A stretch of DNA of 64,000 nucleotides, from assembly GCF_046119375.1 (NCBI RefSeq), contig NW_027362763.1:694710001-694774000 (forward strand), in the 5' to 3' direction. Positions 13,001 through 25,519 of this stretch are shown piece by piece. Source of the DNA: Phyllobates terribilis. Lineage: Eukaryota. The notes beneath the pieces were generated by a model that worked only from the letters and a program-made list of their open reading frames with translations, made no database searches and was not told the DNA's origin. The translations under genes and the position numbers were made by a program. The stretch's first letter is position 1; each line of letters opens with the position of its first letter.

Positions 13001-14632
13001 ATTGGGATACTTTGGTGAGTTCAGAGACAGATTGGGACATAGCAACAGCCCACTCCGGAGGAGAGGAAGTTCCTTCCTCCTGGGCGGCGGGGGGTTCTTG
13101 GGGTGCCAGCATGGTGGGAGGTTTGCAGGACGAGCAGAAAGCCGTTGTCCGACCTGCGGGCCACTTAGTTCTGGAAAGTGCACAGGCGTAGTATGTGACT
13201 GTGTGGGAGGGACGGGCAGAGAGCTCCCTGGGTCTGGGCATATGTGCCTGACATGGATACTGTAGAGGTGGGAGCCTGAGGATAGGAAAGGTATGTGTGG
13301 GTGCGGGGCAGAGCCTACCCGCTCCTGGATGTAGCCGCAGTCCTGAGACCCCTGTCCTGTGTCCCCCGTCCGAGATCTGGAGCTGAGACCGTGGCGAGCG
13401 GTTATCAGAAAACAGCGATGCTAGGGAGAGTGATGCCGCCGGAGCAGGGGCATGACAGCGTAGGAGGGCGGAGCCGAGGCAGAGCGCACTGCCCTGAGTG
13501 ACAAGGGGCGCCGAGGCTCTGATATGAGGAAGGAAGGAGGGGGAGGGCTAAAGGCCCCGCCGCTGATAGGTCCATGGAAGGGTTGGTGGGCGTGGCGAAC
13601 GCAACACTATGATCCTCACCAATGATAGGCCGATTGTTGGATGGGGGGGTAAGAGGAAAGCGCCCCCCCCCCCCCCCCGAGACGCCCCCACGAGGGGGGG
13701 AAAGAAAAAACGCGGGCAGTTTTGCCGCGCATAGTGGGCAAGAAGGAGGGGGGCTGCCGGGGACGCCATGCTGCGGGGGACGCGAAGAAAGAGGAGAGCG
13801 GCGTAGCTTAGGTAGCGCTGTAAGTAAGCGCTGTGTATTATAAGCGCTCGCCGCTGATGTGAAGGTGATGGAAGTGGAGGCTGCAGCAGGCGTGTGGCCG
13901 GGAGCGTTGAGGAATTTACAGCCCCCTTGGGCATATAGCTTGTAAGCGAAGCCATGTAAGGGCTCTGAGGGGCCTGCTGATGCAGCAGGAGGGGGAGGGA
14001 TTGTACCTTTTCTAAGGCCCCGACACCTCTTCTTCTTCTTCCTTTTGAGCATGGTCCCAGGAGGTCCTCCGTGGATAAGGGGGGATCCTGGCTCTTCCTC
14101 CTTCCCGCACTGTCTGGTCCTGGACAGTGCAGGAGACGGTGTCGACCCCAGAATCTGGGGGAAGGTCACCCGCAGGGACCACCGTCTCCCTCCTAGGCCG
14201 CTCCGAGGAGGGGGCTGGGGTGGGGAACAGGCAAGGACTGGCCACCGGGAATCACCCTGAGACACCGGGAGGTGACAGGGGATAAGTCCTGCCCAGCGGG
14301 TCCGAGAGTGGGCAATGTGGAGAATGCACACTGCTCTCTCGGTCGCTTGTGTAAAGGGGGTAACAGGGGAACGCAGTGTTCCCTGTTAACCCTGAAGAGC
14401 TGTATCTGAAAAAGAAAGTAGAAAGATTAATAAAACACAACAAGGTTGGATCTGATAGGATCCAGGTCTACCTCCTACAGACACTAAGCTAAAACTGATG
14501 AGCTTAATGCCTGTAGGCGGGTGTATACTGCAGAGGAGGAGCTATTTTTTTTTTTTTTTGCCTGGTGTCAACCTCCTAGCGACAGCAGCATACATCCATG
14601 GTCCTGTGTCCCCCAATGAAGCAATAAAGAAA
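7089..14632 (-). mobile_element. DIRS1-type tyrosine-recombinase retrotransposon, copy A
   Basis: Inverted terminal repeats (about 7132-7265 and 14497-14621), internal complementary region about 7398-7497, AAA/TTT termini without TSD; gag (13241-11753), RT (YLDD)-RNase H-methyltransferase-like, YR (RAHSTR); frameshifted. Confidence 0.96.
10075..11353 (-). mobile_element. Solo LTR (1279 bp) inserted in the RT of DIRS copy A
   Basis: TGTCAGG...CCTGACA termini; 5-bp TSD GCGAT (10070-10074, 11354-11358); removal restores collinearity with DIRS copy B; resembles the LTR at 35358-38138. Confidence 0.88.
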
Positions 14633-15430
14633 CACAAGCTCCTCTCTCTCAGGAGCTAGGTTCTCCATACACTGAACAATACCCGAGTCAAAAGGCTGGC
14701 TATTTAAAGCCCAGACCACACCCTGGGGTGGAGATATGGTGAATGGCTCCCCAACCGCACTATAGCCATTCACAAAAAAACAAGTCCTTTTAAATATGGC
14801 TGATTAACCCTCTCTGCACATACCATGCAGGAGAAGACTTCCAGGTTTCACATCACTGAAGCTAATAGCCTCAGTGAAACATATCTCCCCTCCAGCACTC
14901 TGCCAGTGACTTTGTCACAATAGTAAAAATCTATGAAGCCTGGCTATGGGCTGGTCGTTACAGGAGAATCAGTAGGGATCCTGACTCCCCTTTCCTCGCT
15001 TAATGTGATCAGTATTAAATTAAGAAGAGGTCATGCAGTATCTATAGGACACAACAGAGCACCTCATACACCACTCTTCTAACTCCATCAGTATCAAAGC
15101 CTAAAATTGGCCATCAACAGTTTTGCACAACCAATTCTGACCACAGTGAGGAGAAACAGGGAATTAGGATCCCCGGCTCTCATGATCAGCGGAAGTATTA
15201 TTACTCTAGAAATCCTGTGCAGTTCATTGCACCGGAAAACACATTTAAGCAGGACTGTGCCCAAGCGATCGACAAAATAGTGTGTTGTATGTGCTCTACA
15301 GACTCCGGCCTGCACCGAATTGATAATGTAAAATACCACATTGATGTAAAAAAGGGTCATACATGTCTGCCATGAAAACGTGGTAGCGTTAACAATGACA
15401 GTACACAGTATAATCAATGTCTGCCATTAC

Positions 15431-15582
15431 CTGAGCCTTGTCCTTCACATTAGCCGTGTTGACAAACCACTGCAGGCTGGCCCGGATGATGATGGGCTTC
15501 TTGGTCCTCCAGTCATAGGGATAACTATGAATGAAACTCTCCTCCTTAACCAGATTCTTTGTACCGAGCAGCATCTGTATGA
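15431..15582 (-). CDS. IARS2: IARS2 exon 11
   Basis: [39 protein letters not shown]; tag|TC, CAG|gtaatg. Confidence 0.96.
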
Positions 15583-16357
15583 CTAGAACGGTGAAACAAA
15601 TAAGTAAAAAGGCCCATCCCTGTAGAACTGTATGGCTGATTTAAAAATAAATAAATAAATACATTGGGATACTCGGGAGCAGCGGGAATTAAAAACCGGT
15701 CACTTTTAAGACTAAATCTAAAAAACCAAAACAAAACAAAACTGAATTCTCAGGGGAGGAAGGGGGAGGGAAACAAGAGCAAAAACTATAACCTGGTGAC
15801 AGGTACTAGAAATTAAATCTTCATTTTGGCAGATTTTCGCCACAATTTGAGACCTTTTCTAGCGTAACGCTTAATAAACCTAAAAGGCAACTGTTGCCCA
15901 TTCTCCATTTGGTTCTCTACACCTGCTTTTTCAACTTTCATCGAGCATTGGGCAAAAAAAAAAAAAAAAAAATTCTGAGCAATTTGCAACTTATTTTGTG
16001 CCATTTGAGACTTTTTCTTTCCCTATTTGATACTTTTTGAGACTCAATTTCCATGAAAAATAGACATAAGCTGCTTGATAAGTGTGAGTCTTTTTATGTT
16101 ATACTTATATAGGGTGGAAAAATGAGTAAGGATTAGCAGTGAATTAGACCTCCTCTCACTGTGCCTGCTTATTATTTGCTCAAGCAGCTAAAAATATAGG
16201 AGACAGAGAAATGAATAGGCAAAATGCATTTGTGGCAACTTTTGATCCATTCCTGGCGTTGGCTCACAGAACTGCCACAAAATTTTCATATGTGATCACA
16301 GCATAGAGCGCCCTCTACTGTGCATTTCCTGTAATTTGAGATTTCACTTTCCTTTTA

Positions 16358-17306
16358 GGCTAAGTGCCCACAATGCAGAAATACTCCGGATTTTTCCTGA
16401 GAGTTTCTGCATCTCCCTGGCAGAAAAACGCATGCGGATTTTACATGCGTTTTTCCTGCCAGGGACATGCGGATGTGAAGCGTTCTTCACATGCATTTCT
16501 GCATGCGGGTTGTCAAGCGCTTTCCACGCGATTTTAGCATCACTTGGAAAAGTGCTTGACAACTTGGTCACACTATATAAATCCAAGCAACCGGCATAGA
16601 TTTTATATAGTGTGACCAAGTTAGTTTATAAAAAAAAAAAAAAAAAAAAAAAGATAAAAATGGTTAAAAAAAACATCAACAAAAAAAACATTATACTTAA
16701 CTTCCGATGGCCCCCGGTCTCCTTATCCGATGCGTCCGCTCTTCCCGATGTCTCGCGGTTGTGTAAAAGGACGTTCCATGAAGTCATTTAGTCATGTGAC
16801 AGGTCACGCGACAGCAGACGTCAGCGGTCGCGTGACCCGTCACATGACTAAATGACGTCATGGCAGGTCCTTTTAGACCATCGCGAGATGCCGGAAAGCC
16901 AGGACGCATCGGATAAAGACACCGGGGGCCATCAGAAGGTGAGTGTAATGTATTTTTTTATTTTAAATTCTTTTTTTTTTTATAGGTACTATGGCACCCG
17001 GGTCTGGGGGAGAGTCTCCTCTTCTCCAGACCCGGATACCATCCGCACATTGAATCGCTTAATATCCGCATGTGCACATGTAGTCATGCGGATATTAAAC
17101 GATTCAATGCAAGTCAATGGCGGTGAAAACGCTGCGATTACACAAAATAATTGGTAGTGCTGTGGATTTTTCCACAATGATAATCCGCAGCATGCGGATT
17201 ATCATTGGGGAACATTGCAGACCTTCTACCAAGCGTTTTTTACGCGTTTCTGCGGCGGAATTGCCGCTGCGTCAACGCTTAAAAAACACATAGTGGGCAC
17301 ACAGCC
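16358..17306. mobile_element. PIF/Harbinger-type non-autonomous element
   Basis: TTA TSD on both sides; TIR GGCTAAGTGCCCAC / GTGGGCACACAGCC; ends 14 nt from the IARS2 exon 10 donor. Confidence 0.7.
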
Positions 17307-17321
17307 TTACAGATTACATAC

Positions 17322-17412
17322 CGGCTTCATTTCCATCTTCAAGCACAACTTTACTTTCCAAATCAGCTCCTGCTTCAGCAGTAAAGCGTCCGGCTTCATC
17401 CACAAGACAGTC
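17322..17412 (-). CDS. IARS2: IARS2 exon 10
   Basis: DCLVDEAGRFTAEAGADLESKVVLEDGNEA; aag|GAC, G|gtatgt. Confidence 0.94.
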
Positions 17413-17872
17413 CTTCAGAAAACCAGGAAAAAAAACAAAAAACTAAACTTATTCAAAGCTTATTAAGATCATCATTTCTGCAATTATCTCTGCATACTTT
17501 ATAAGATATTTCAGAGCGGTTTGTAATGATTGCTTGCATAAATAGCAGAAATTTAGAGAAAGCAGCGCTAAGGGACACAGGACTAGGCTTCGCCGAAACA
17601 ATTTTTTTTACCTACAGCGTCCGATATGTTAGATGGGTGGTCCATTATTAGAAAAACATGGCCGCCGTCTTCAAAAAACAGTGCCACCCTTTTCTACGGC
17701 TGCGTCTGGTATTGCAGCTCCATTAACCTGAATGGTGCAATACCACACATGACCTGTAGACAGGGGGGCAGTTTTTTTGTAAGAAGGCAGCCATGTTTTT
17801 TACTAATTTTTCAGCAACGATGGTTGGAATGAATCAAACGACCATTTATTACAAGCATCAATAGTCACTGAC

Positions 17873-18042
17873 CACAGGCAACTTGTGATTAGAGGCTACG
17901 CCGTAGTCTTCGATGCCGTGAGCGGGTGCGGTGTGCACAAGGCCGGTGCCCTTTCCCATAGTAACGTGGTTTGCAGCTAGGAGGGGAGAGGTGCGTCCAG
18001 GTACTGCAGGATGATCGCAGACACCGTTCTCCAGATCCGCTC
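17873..18042 (-). CDS. IARS2: IARS2 exon 9
   Basis: [11 protein letters not shown]...[26 protein letters not shown]; cag|GA, GTG|gtcagt. Confidence 0.96.
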
Positions 18043-18653
18043 CTGGGTTGTCAGAGAAGACAGACATAATGAAATTTTGCCAATTAATACAACTATATTG
18101 AAAGGCTTAGAAATGTTCCCCCCCTGACGAATTTTGCTGCAGATATTCCTTAGATTTCTCATTGTTTAGTACTAGAAAATCATGGTCGCTTTATTACAGA
18201 AACAGTGTCACTCCTGTCCGGGGGTTATATCCGAAGAAGCAGCTCAGCTCCATTGAAATGAATAGGACCCGAGCGTCAATTCTAGACACGACCCACTGAC
18301 AAGTGTAACTTATCTCTAGTGAGGATCTGTCATCAGATTTCACAATATCATCTGCATACATTATTATTATTACTATTATTATTATTAAAAACAAAAATCT
18401 GATAGATCTGATGATGTTGGAGTGCTTACTTTGATATTCATTGCATAATCCTTTTCGGACAACAAAATTAGCATTTTATGCATTTAAAAAAAAATGCTAA
18501 TTTTTATTTAAGGATTAAACAGTAAGTCACCAGCCCCCATCAGGTATTACAAAGATCTAATAAATAATGTATGCAGTTTGTATCGCGAGATCTGCCCTAA
18601 CAAGATGTGGTGAATGATAGTCGCATTCTGCAGACAGAATTATTAAAATTCAC

Positions 18654-18769
18654 CTTTAAATGTTGAAATGACATCAAATTTAGTCCCCAGGGACTGTGCC
18701 GTGGATTCCACGCAATCAGCGGCCAGGATATACATCTCCCCTGAAGATCCGCACTTCACGATGGAGTAC
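18654..18769 (-). CDS. IARS2: IARS2 exon 8
   Basis: [22 protein letters not shown]...ISTFK; cag|G, G|gtgaat. Confidence 0.94.
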
Positions 18770-19114
18770 CTGCAAGTAATACACAGGATTAGGCAGGATC
18801 TGTTAGTGCCATGAGTAAGATCCCAACCGATCGCACATCGATGACCTATCCTAATCCATTGTAAAAGAAAATACCAAGTGGAACGCAGAACATACATGGC
18901 GAAGGAACAGATTGGAACAATTGAAAAACATCGCCGACAGCTTACAAAGAATGCCTCTTTAACGGTGTCCTCCATCGGATGACATTTCCTACACTCATTC
19001 CACAAATTTACCGTCTCATCCGCTTCTCTAGCTTCATAGCAAAATCTTGGATGCACGTGTCTCTTCAGCTTTACTGTCCTATATAATATCAATGTGACTA
19101 TAAGGAAGACGTAC

Positions 19115-19205
19115 GTGGTTTCCGGCATGTAGCAGACCGCCTGGTTAGCTGGAATGGTCCACGGCTGAGTCGTCCAAATCAGGGCGCTGACCGCTCCGGA
19201 TCCAT
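19115..19205 (-). CDS. IARS2: IARS2 exon 7
   Basis: [28 protein letters not shown]; cag|AT, AC|gtacgt. Confidence 0.95.
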
Positions 19206-19465
19206 CTGTGAATCAAAGTATAATAATCACTGTATTACTGCAGAACGTAGCTACTAAACATGCCAATAAATGCTCAAAATGTGCTCAGTGTCACACCCCC
19301 TTCTCCCCTCCCCCTGCTGATTAGTAAACAAAATCTGCCCGAAAAAAGAGGGGATCATTTTCCTTTATTTCTTGGTCAAAAAGGGAAAAGTTACACTCTT
19401 GAAAGTTTAAAAAACTATCAGACATGTGAGAATTTTTTGGTGCCGAAACCCGGAGTGATCGTTAA

Positions 19466-22400
19466 AGGGAATCTGTCACCCTCCCTGGGACTTTTCAGAC
19501 CGCTAATGTGGGCATACAGGTTATAGAAATGTGAATCTATACTTACCTGTTTGGCCCATATTAGCAGTCTGGTTTCTGTGTAATCAAATTTTTATTAAAT
19601 GATTTCTGCTAGGCTTGGCGTCCCCCGGCGCACAAGTTCCCTGCTCCACAAGGCTGTATGGACGGCAGCGAGAAGAGCGCCATCCATACAGGGGGAAACA
19701 GCGCAGGCGCGGGATCCGGCCGGGAACTGCACATCACAGGGCCCTGTGACATGCAGGAGAGGTGGGGTAAGTATGATAATAGGGCTAGTAGGAGGGGATT
19801 TCTTGGCGTACGGGAGACGCCAAGCTTAACAGAAATCATTGGAGCCTTCATTGGGGGACACAGGACCACGGGTGTATGCTGCTGTCGCTAGGAGGTTGAC
19901 ACTAGGCAAAAAAAGGAAAATGGCTCCTCCTCCGCAGTATGCACCCGCCTACAGGCACCAAGCTCACCAGTTAGTGGCTAGAGCAGTAGGAGAAGCACAA
20001 AATAACCAACTATGTAATGCCCAACGGGGCACAGTCGTGAAAAACTAAATGAGATGCCCAACAGGGCCAACAGGACATATGTCCAAACTCAGGGAGGGTG
20101 CTGTGTCCCCCAATGAAGGCTCCAAGAAAGAGATTTTACAGTGAGTAGCAAAAATCCCTCTCTTTCTCTATCGCTTCATTGGGGGACACAGGACCATGCG
20201 ACGTCCCAAAGCAGTCCCTTGGGTGGGAGAACAGAAGATAGTCACAGACTAGGTCAGACTTCGGCAACTGCCGCCTGCAGGACCTTCCGTCCAAGACTGG
20301 CGTCAGCCGAAGACTAAGTGTGGACCTTGCAAAACCTTGAAAAGGTGTGAAGAGAAGACCACGTTGCGGCCTTGCAGATTTGAGAGGCCGAAGCCTGATG
20401 GCGGACGGCCCAAGAGGCCACCACCTCCCTGGTGGAGTGAGCCCTTACCCCGAGAGGGGGAGGTTTGCCCGAGATGCGATGTGCCTCCAAGATGGTCGAA
20501 TGTATCCAACGGGCGATGGTTGACTTGGAAGCAGGGAGACCCTTGTGATGCCCTTCAGGGATGACAAAAAGGGCATCCGAGCGCCGAAGGGAGACCGTTC
20601 TGGAAAGGTACACATGTAGAGCTCTGACCAGGTCCAGTTTGTGCAGGGACTTCTCCCGTGGGTGCACTGGAGCAGGGCAGAAGGAAGGCAAAATAATGTC
20701 CTCATTGATGTGAAAAGCGGAAACCACCTTTGGTAAAAAAGAAGGCACCGGCCTGAGCACTACTTTGTCTTGATGGAATACCAGAAAAAGGCGACCGACG
20801 AGAGGGCTGCGAGTTCAGCGACCCTTCTAATAGAGGTGACAGCCACTAGAAAAGCCACTTTCCAGGAGAGAAGAGAGGCTGAGATGTCCTGAATAGGTTC
20901 AAACGGAGGCTGTTGTAGGACGCTTAGGACCATATTAAGGTCCCATGCTTCCACTGGAGGGCGATAGGGGGGCGCCAGGTGGGCCACCCCTTGTAGAAAG
21001 GTCCTGACCTGAGGATGGCTAGCTAAGTTACGCTGGAATAGAATGGACAAGGCCGAAACTTGGCCCTTGAGAGTGCTGAGAGATAGTCCCGCCTCTAGAC
21101 CGGACTGAAGAAAGGCCAAAATGACTGGCAAAGAAAAGGACATAGGAGTAAGCTGATCCTGTTCGCAGTGACGAAAAAAGGCCCTCCAAGTTCTGTGGTA
21201 TATGCGAGAGGTAGCGGGTTTTCTGGCGTTAATTAGGGTCTGAATGACATTGTCAGTAAAGCCCGCCGTCTTCAACACCGCGGCCTCAACGGCCATACCA
21301 TTAAATTCAGAGAACGATAACTCTGATGAAGAATAGGACCCTGAGAGAGGAGGTCCGGACGGTCTGGTAGTCTCCAGGGGAAGTCGACAAGCAGATTTAC
21401 CAGATCAGCGTACCAGACTCGTCTGGGCCAATCTGGGACCACTAGAAGAACTGGTACTCCCTCTGTCTTGACCTTCTTGATGACTCGAGGGATCAGAGGT
21501 AGAGGTGGAAAGAGATAGGGCAGTTGGAACTGTTACCATGATATGACTAGAACGTCCTGGGCGATTGCTAGCGGATCGCGGGACCGGGCTACAAAGGCCG
21601 GAACCTTGTGGTTTAACCGGGAGGCCATGAGGTCGACGTCTGGTGTGCCCCACCGTAAGCAGATTTGGTGAAACACCTCAGGATGGAGAGACCATTCTCC
21701 TGAGGCGAGGCCCTGCCGACTGAGAAAGTCAGCCGCCCAGTTGTCGACCCCTGGAATGTGGACTGCTGAGATTGCCGGGACCATCTTCTCGGCCCAAAGT
21801 AGCACTCTTGCCACCTCTTTTAGGACGGGCTTGCTGCGCGTTCCTCCCTGATGGTTTATGTATGCCACAGCCGTGGCATTGTCCGATTGTACACAGACTG
21901 GGGACCCTGCCAGGATCTTCTGCCAGTGACGCAACGCCAGGTAAATCGCCCTTATCTCCAGAATGTTGATGGGGAGAGAGACTTCATGGGGGCTCCACCG
22001 GCCTTGGACCGTGTGTTGTAGAAAGACTGCCCCCCAACCGATGAGACTGGTATAGGTCGTGACCACCTGCCAGCGAAGCGGAAGGAATGATCTCCCGGGT
22101 CTGAAGGAAGAAGGGCGGGACCACCAGGTTAGTGACCGTCTTACTTGGCGAGGCAACTTGATGCGTCGATCTAGAGATGACAGATTCTTGTCCCAAGCTG
22201 AGAGAAGGGCTAGTTGAAGGGACCGGGTATGGAACTGGGCAAAAGGAACTGCCTCCATGGCTGCTACCATCTTTCCCAGGACACTCATGCATAGTCGAAG
22301 GGAGTGTGGACCTGGGTCGGAGAGGATGTGGATTCCTTGTCGTAGTGAGTTCATCTTTTCCCTTGGAATGAGGACCCGGGCACGGGTCGCGTCGAACTGC

Positions 22401-25400
22401 ATCCCTAGCGTTGGGATGGGACCAGGGAGGATTTGTCCGTGTAGATCAGCCAGCCTAACCGGGAGAGAGTGTTAATCTGGAGACTGTGGAGACAGTCCCT
22501 GAACGTGGGGCCTTTGATTAACAGGTCGTCGAGGTAGGGTATGATTACAATTCCCCTTGTTCGAAGAACGGCCATAACTGTCGCCATCACCTTCGTGAAA
22601 ACCCTCGGGGCTGTGGCGAGACCGAAGGGGAGGGCAGTGAACTGGTAATGCGCGTTCTTGAAGGAAAAGCGTAGGAACCTCTGATGTGACGCGCAGATTG
22701 GGATGTGAAGGTATGCATCCTCAATGTCCACTGAACATAGATATTCCCCGGCCTCCATCGAGGCGATTACCGACCTGAGGGACTCCATCCTGAACTGTCT
22801 GATGAATACATGTCGGTTTAGCTGTTTGAGGTCCAGAATCGGACGTAGTGTGCAGTCCTTTTTTGGGACGACGAAGAGATTTGAGTAAAAATCGGAAAAC
22901 CTTTCCTGAACGGGAAACGGGACTATGACTCCTGAGCGTAGAAGAGAAGTGATGGCTTGGAGAAAATCGGGAAGCAGAGATGGTTGTGGGAGGTGGGACC
23001 TGAGGAAACGTGATGTGGGCTGGAATCGAACTCGATTTTGTAGCCGGAAGTCACAATTTCTTTGACCCAGGCATCCTCTATTGCCGGGAGCCAAGAATCT
23101 GCGAATAGAAGGAGACGGCCGCCCACCCTGGGAGAAGTCCCAGGTGGGAGTGAGCTGTCATGTTGAGGAAAACCTGTTGGATCGAGATCGTGATCCAGAG
23201 GACTTGGAAGAGCGACTCCTTGGGCGCCAGTTAGACGTAGGCCTAAAGGAGGGTTTACGATTGTCCCGCTGCGCTGGAGTATAGTCCTGTTGAGAGGCGG
23301 GGTTCAGTTGAGGGAACTGACGAAAGGACCGGAACTGAAGGGGACGTCTCCTAGGAAAAGGGCGTTTGGGTCTGGGCTGTGGGAGGGAGTTGCTCTTACC
23401 CCCAGTAGCATCAGAGATGATCTGATCTAGCTTGGAGCCAAACAGTCTGGAACCTTGAAAAGGAAGATTAGTTAGAGATCTTTTGGAAGCCGGGTCGGCG
23501 TTCCAGGCTTTAAGCCAAAGAATTCTACGTAAGGCAACGAGATTACTGGAAACCCGGGCTGAGCATGCAGCAGAGTCAAGGGACGCCGTAAGTAGATATT
23601 TTCTGGCATGGCCGATTTGATCAGCTAAGTCGGCCATATCGTCCGGGGAGGCCCCTGCTAGGATGCCCTGTCTGAGCTGTTTGGCCCATGCGGACACCGC
23701 TTTTGATACCCAAATTGAGGCGAAGGAAGGGCAAAGAGAGGTGCCCGCAGCCTCAAAGGCTGACTTAGAGAGGGCCTCAACCTGTCTATCCGTGGTATCC
23801 TTAAGGGAGGAACCATCCAGAAGAGACAGTACCGTCTTGGCGGAAAGGCGAGAGACGGGAGGATCCACAGATGGTGACTCCGTCCATTTGCTGACAAGGT
23901 AGTTGTTAAATGGGTATAGGACGTTTAACTGTTTCTTTCCTGTAAAGAGCTTTTCTGGATGCTCCCACTGCTTTTGAAAAACACTGTCAAATTCTGCATG
24001 GTTAGAAAAAGTGCGTGCGGGACGCTTAATCTTTTTGAAGGAAACGGAGTAGTCCCGGGACGGGCTCTCGTCTTCTGTTACATGCAGAGTCTGATTGACA
24101 GCCGTTATAAGGCTGTCTATCATGTCCTGGACCTTGGAATGCTGGTCTGAGTCAGAACCAGAGTCTGAATCTGAAGCAGAGTTAGATCCCGGGGCGACCT
24201 CCGGGGAAGAGGTGTGAGACGCAGGGAGCATCTTGGAGTCTGGAGAGCTGGAGGATGAGCTTGCATGAATCCGTTTCTGAGAACGTGCCGTCCGTCTGCC
24301 CCCGTGAGGAGGGGGCAGGGGTGCCTGCGAATCGTCTGTGGGGACGTTCGGAGAGCTGGTGGCCGTGGATAACATAGGCAAACGTTCTGGCAAGCTTTCT
24401 AAGACCTGCACCAGAGATTGAGAAACCTTGATGAGGTCAGAGACAGACTGTGACATAGCAACAGCTCACTCCGGAGGGGAGGGGGTTACCACGTCCTGAG
24501 CGGCGGGGGGGATCTTGGGGTGCCAGCATGGCGGGAGGTTTGCAGGTCAAGCAGAAGGCCGTAGTGACACCCGCGGGCCACTTAGTACCGCAAAGAGCAC
24601 AGGCGTAGTATATGACAATGTGAAAGGGACGGACTGAGGGCTCCCTGGGTTTGGGCATATGTGCCTGACGGAAGCGTCACTATGCCCCTCGATCCGGATT
24701 GGTCAAATAGGAGGGGGCGTATGGGAGTCGGAGCGGGATCGCCCACAGGACACGCCCCCTCGTCGGAGAAAAAGCGCGGCAGATTTGGCGGGCGTAAGGG
24801 AGAAGGAGGAAGTGGCCCAGGGAAGCGCCATGTTTGGAGGGGGGGGGGGGGGAGGGGGAGGACCGGGGGCTGGTACCTGCAGCTGAGAGGCAGTGGCTGA
24901 GTCCAGTGTAGGAGACGGTGTCAACCCCAGACAACTGGGGGAAGGTCACCCGCAGGGACCACCGTCTCCCTCCCAGGCCGCTCTGAGGAGGGGGCTGGGG
25001 TAGGGAACAGGGTAGGACTGGCCACCGAGATCACCCTGAGACACCCTAAGGTGACAGGGGATAAGTCCTGCCCAGAGGGTCCGAGAGTGGGCGATGTGGG
25101 GGTAGCCACATTACTCTACCGGTCGCTAGTGGGTTAACAGGGGATGCAATGTGCCCTGTTAGCTTGAAGAGCTGTATCTGAAAGAGAAAAAACAAACATT
25201 AATAAAACACAACAGGGTTGGATCAGAAGGATCCAGGTCTACCTCCTACAGACACTAAGCTTAAACTGGTGAGCTTGGTGCCTGTAGGTGGGTGCATACT
25301 GCGGAGGAGGAGCCATTTTCCTTTTTTTGCATAGTGTCAACCTCCTAGCGACAGCAGCATACACGTGGTCCTGTGTCCCCCAATGAAGCGATAGAGAAAT

Positions 25401-25519
25401 GCGATTACACAGAAACCAGACCGCTAATATGGCCATACAGGTAAGTATAGATTCACATTTCTATAACCTGTATCCCCATATTAGTGGTCTGAAAAGTCCC
25501 AGGGGGTGACAGATTCCCT
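19466..25519. mobile_element. TTAA-target (T2/Kolobok-type) MITE split by DIRS copy B
   Basis: TTAA|AGGGAATCTGTCACC ... GGTGACAGATTCCCT|TTAA; TIR of about 160 bp whose right arm is split between 19805-19840 and 25400-25519. Confidence 0.85.
19839..25399 (-). mobile_element. DIRS1-type retrotransposon, copy B (different subfamily; about 37 bp of the 3' terminus deleted)
   Basis: ITRs, ICR about 20098-20198; gag 24658-23158, RT/RH/MT 23126-21500 (YLDD, YLFPP), YR 21296-20260; frameshifted; roughly 85-90% similar to copy A by eye. Confidence 0.96.

Larger units (their letters stand above)
2468..14919 (-). mobile_element. Gmr1-clade Ty3/Gypsy LTR retrotransposon (degenerate), interrupted by a DIRS insertion in its 5' LTR
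   Basis: 5' LTR 14919-14633 plus 7088-6897 (TG...CA); PBS 6877-6894; gag from about 6781, protease about 5500-6040, integrase 4418-5521 (HHCC, DDE), RT 3416-3988 (YLDD), RNase H 2672-3485; PPT GGGCAGAGGAGAGGG 2747-2761; 3' LTR starts at 2743; LTRs about 6% different by eye. Confidence 0.95.
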
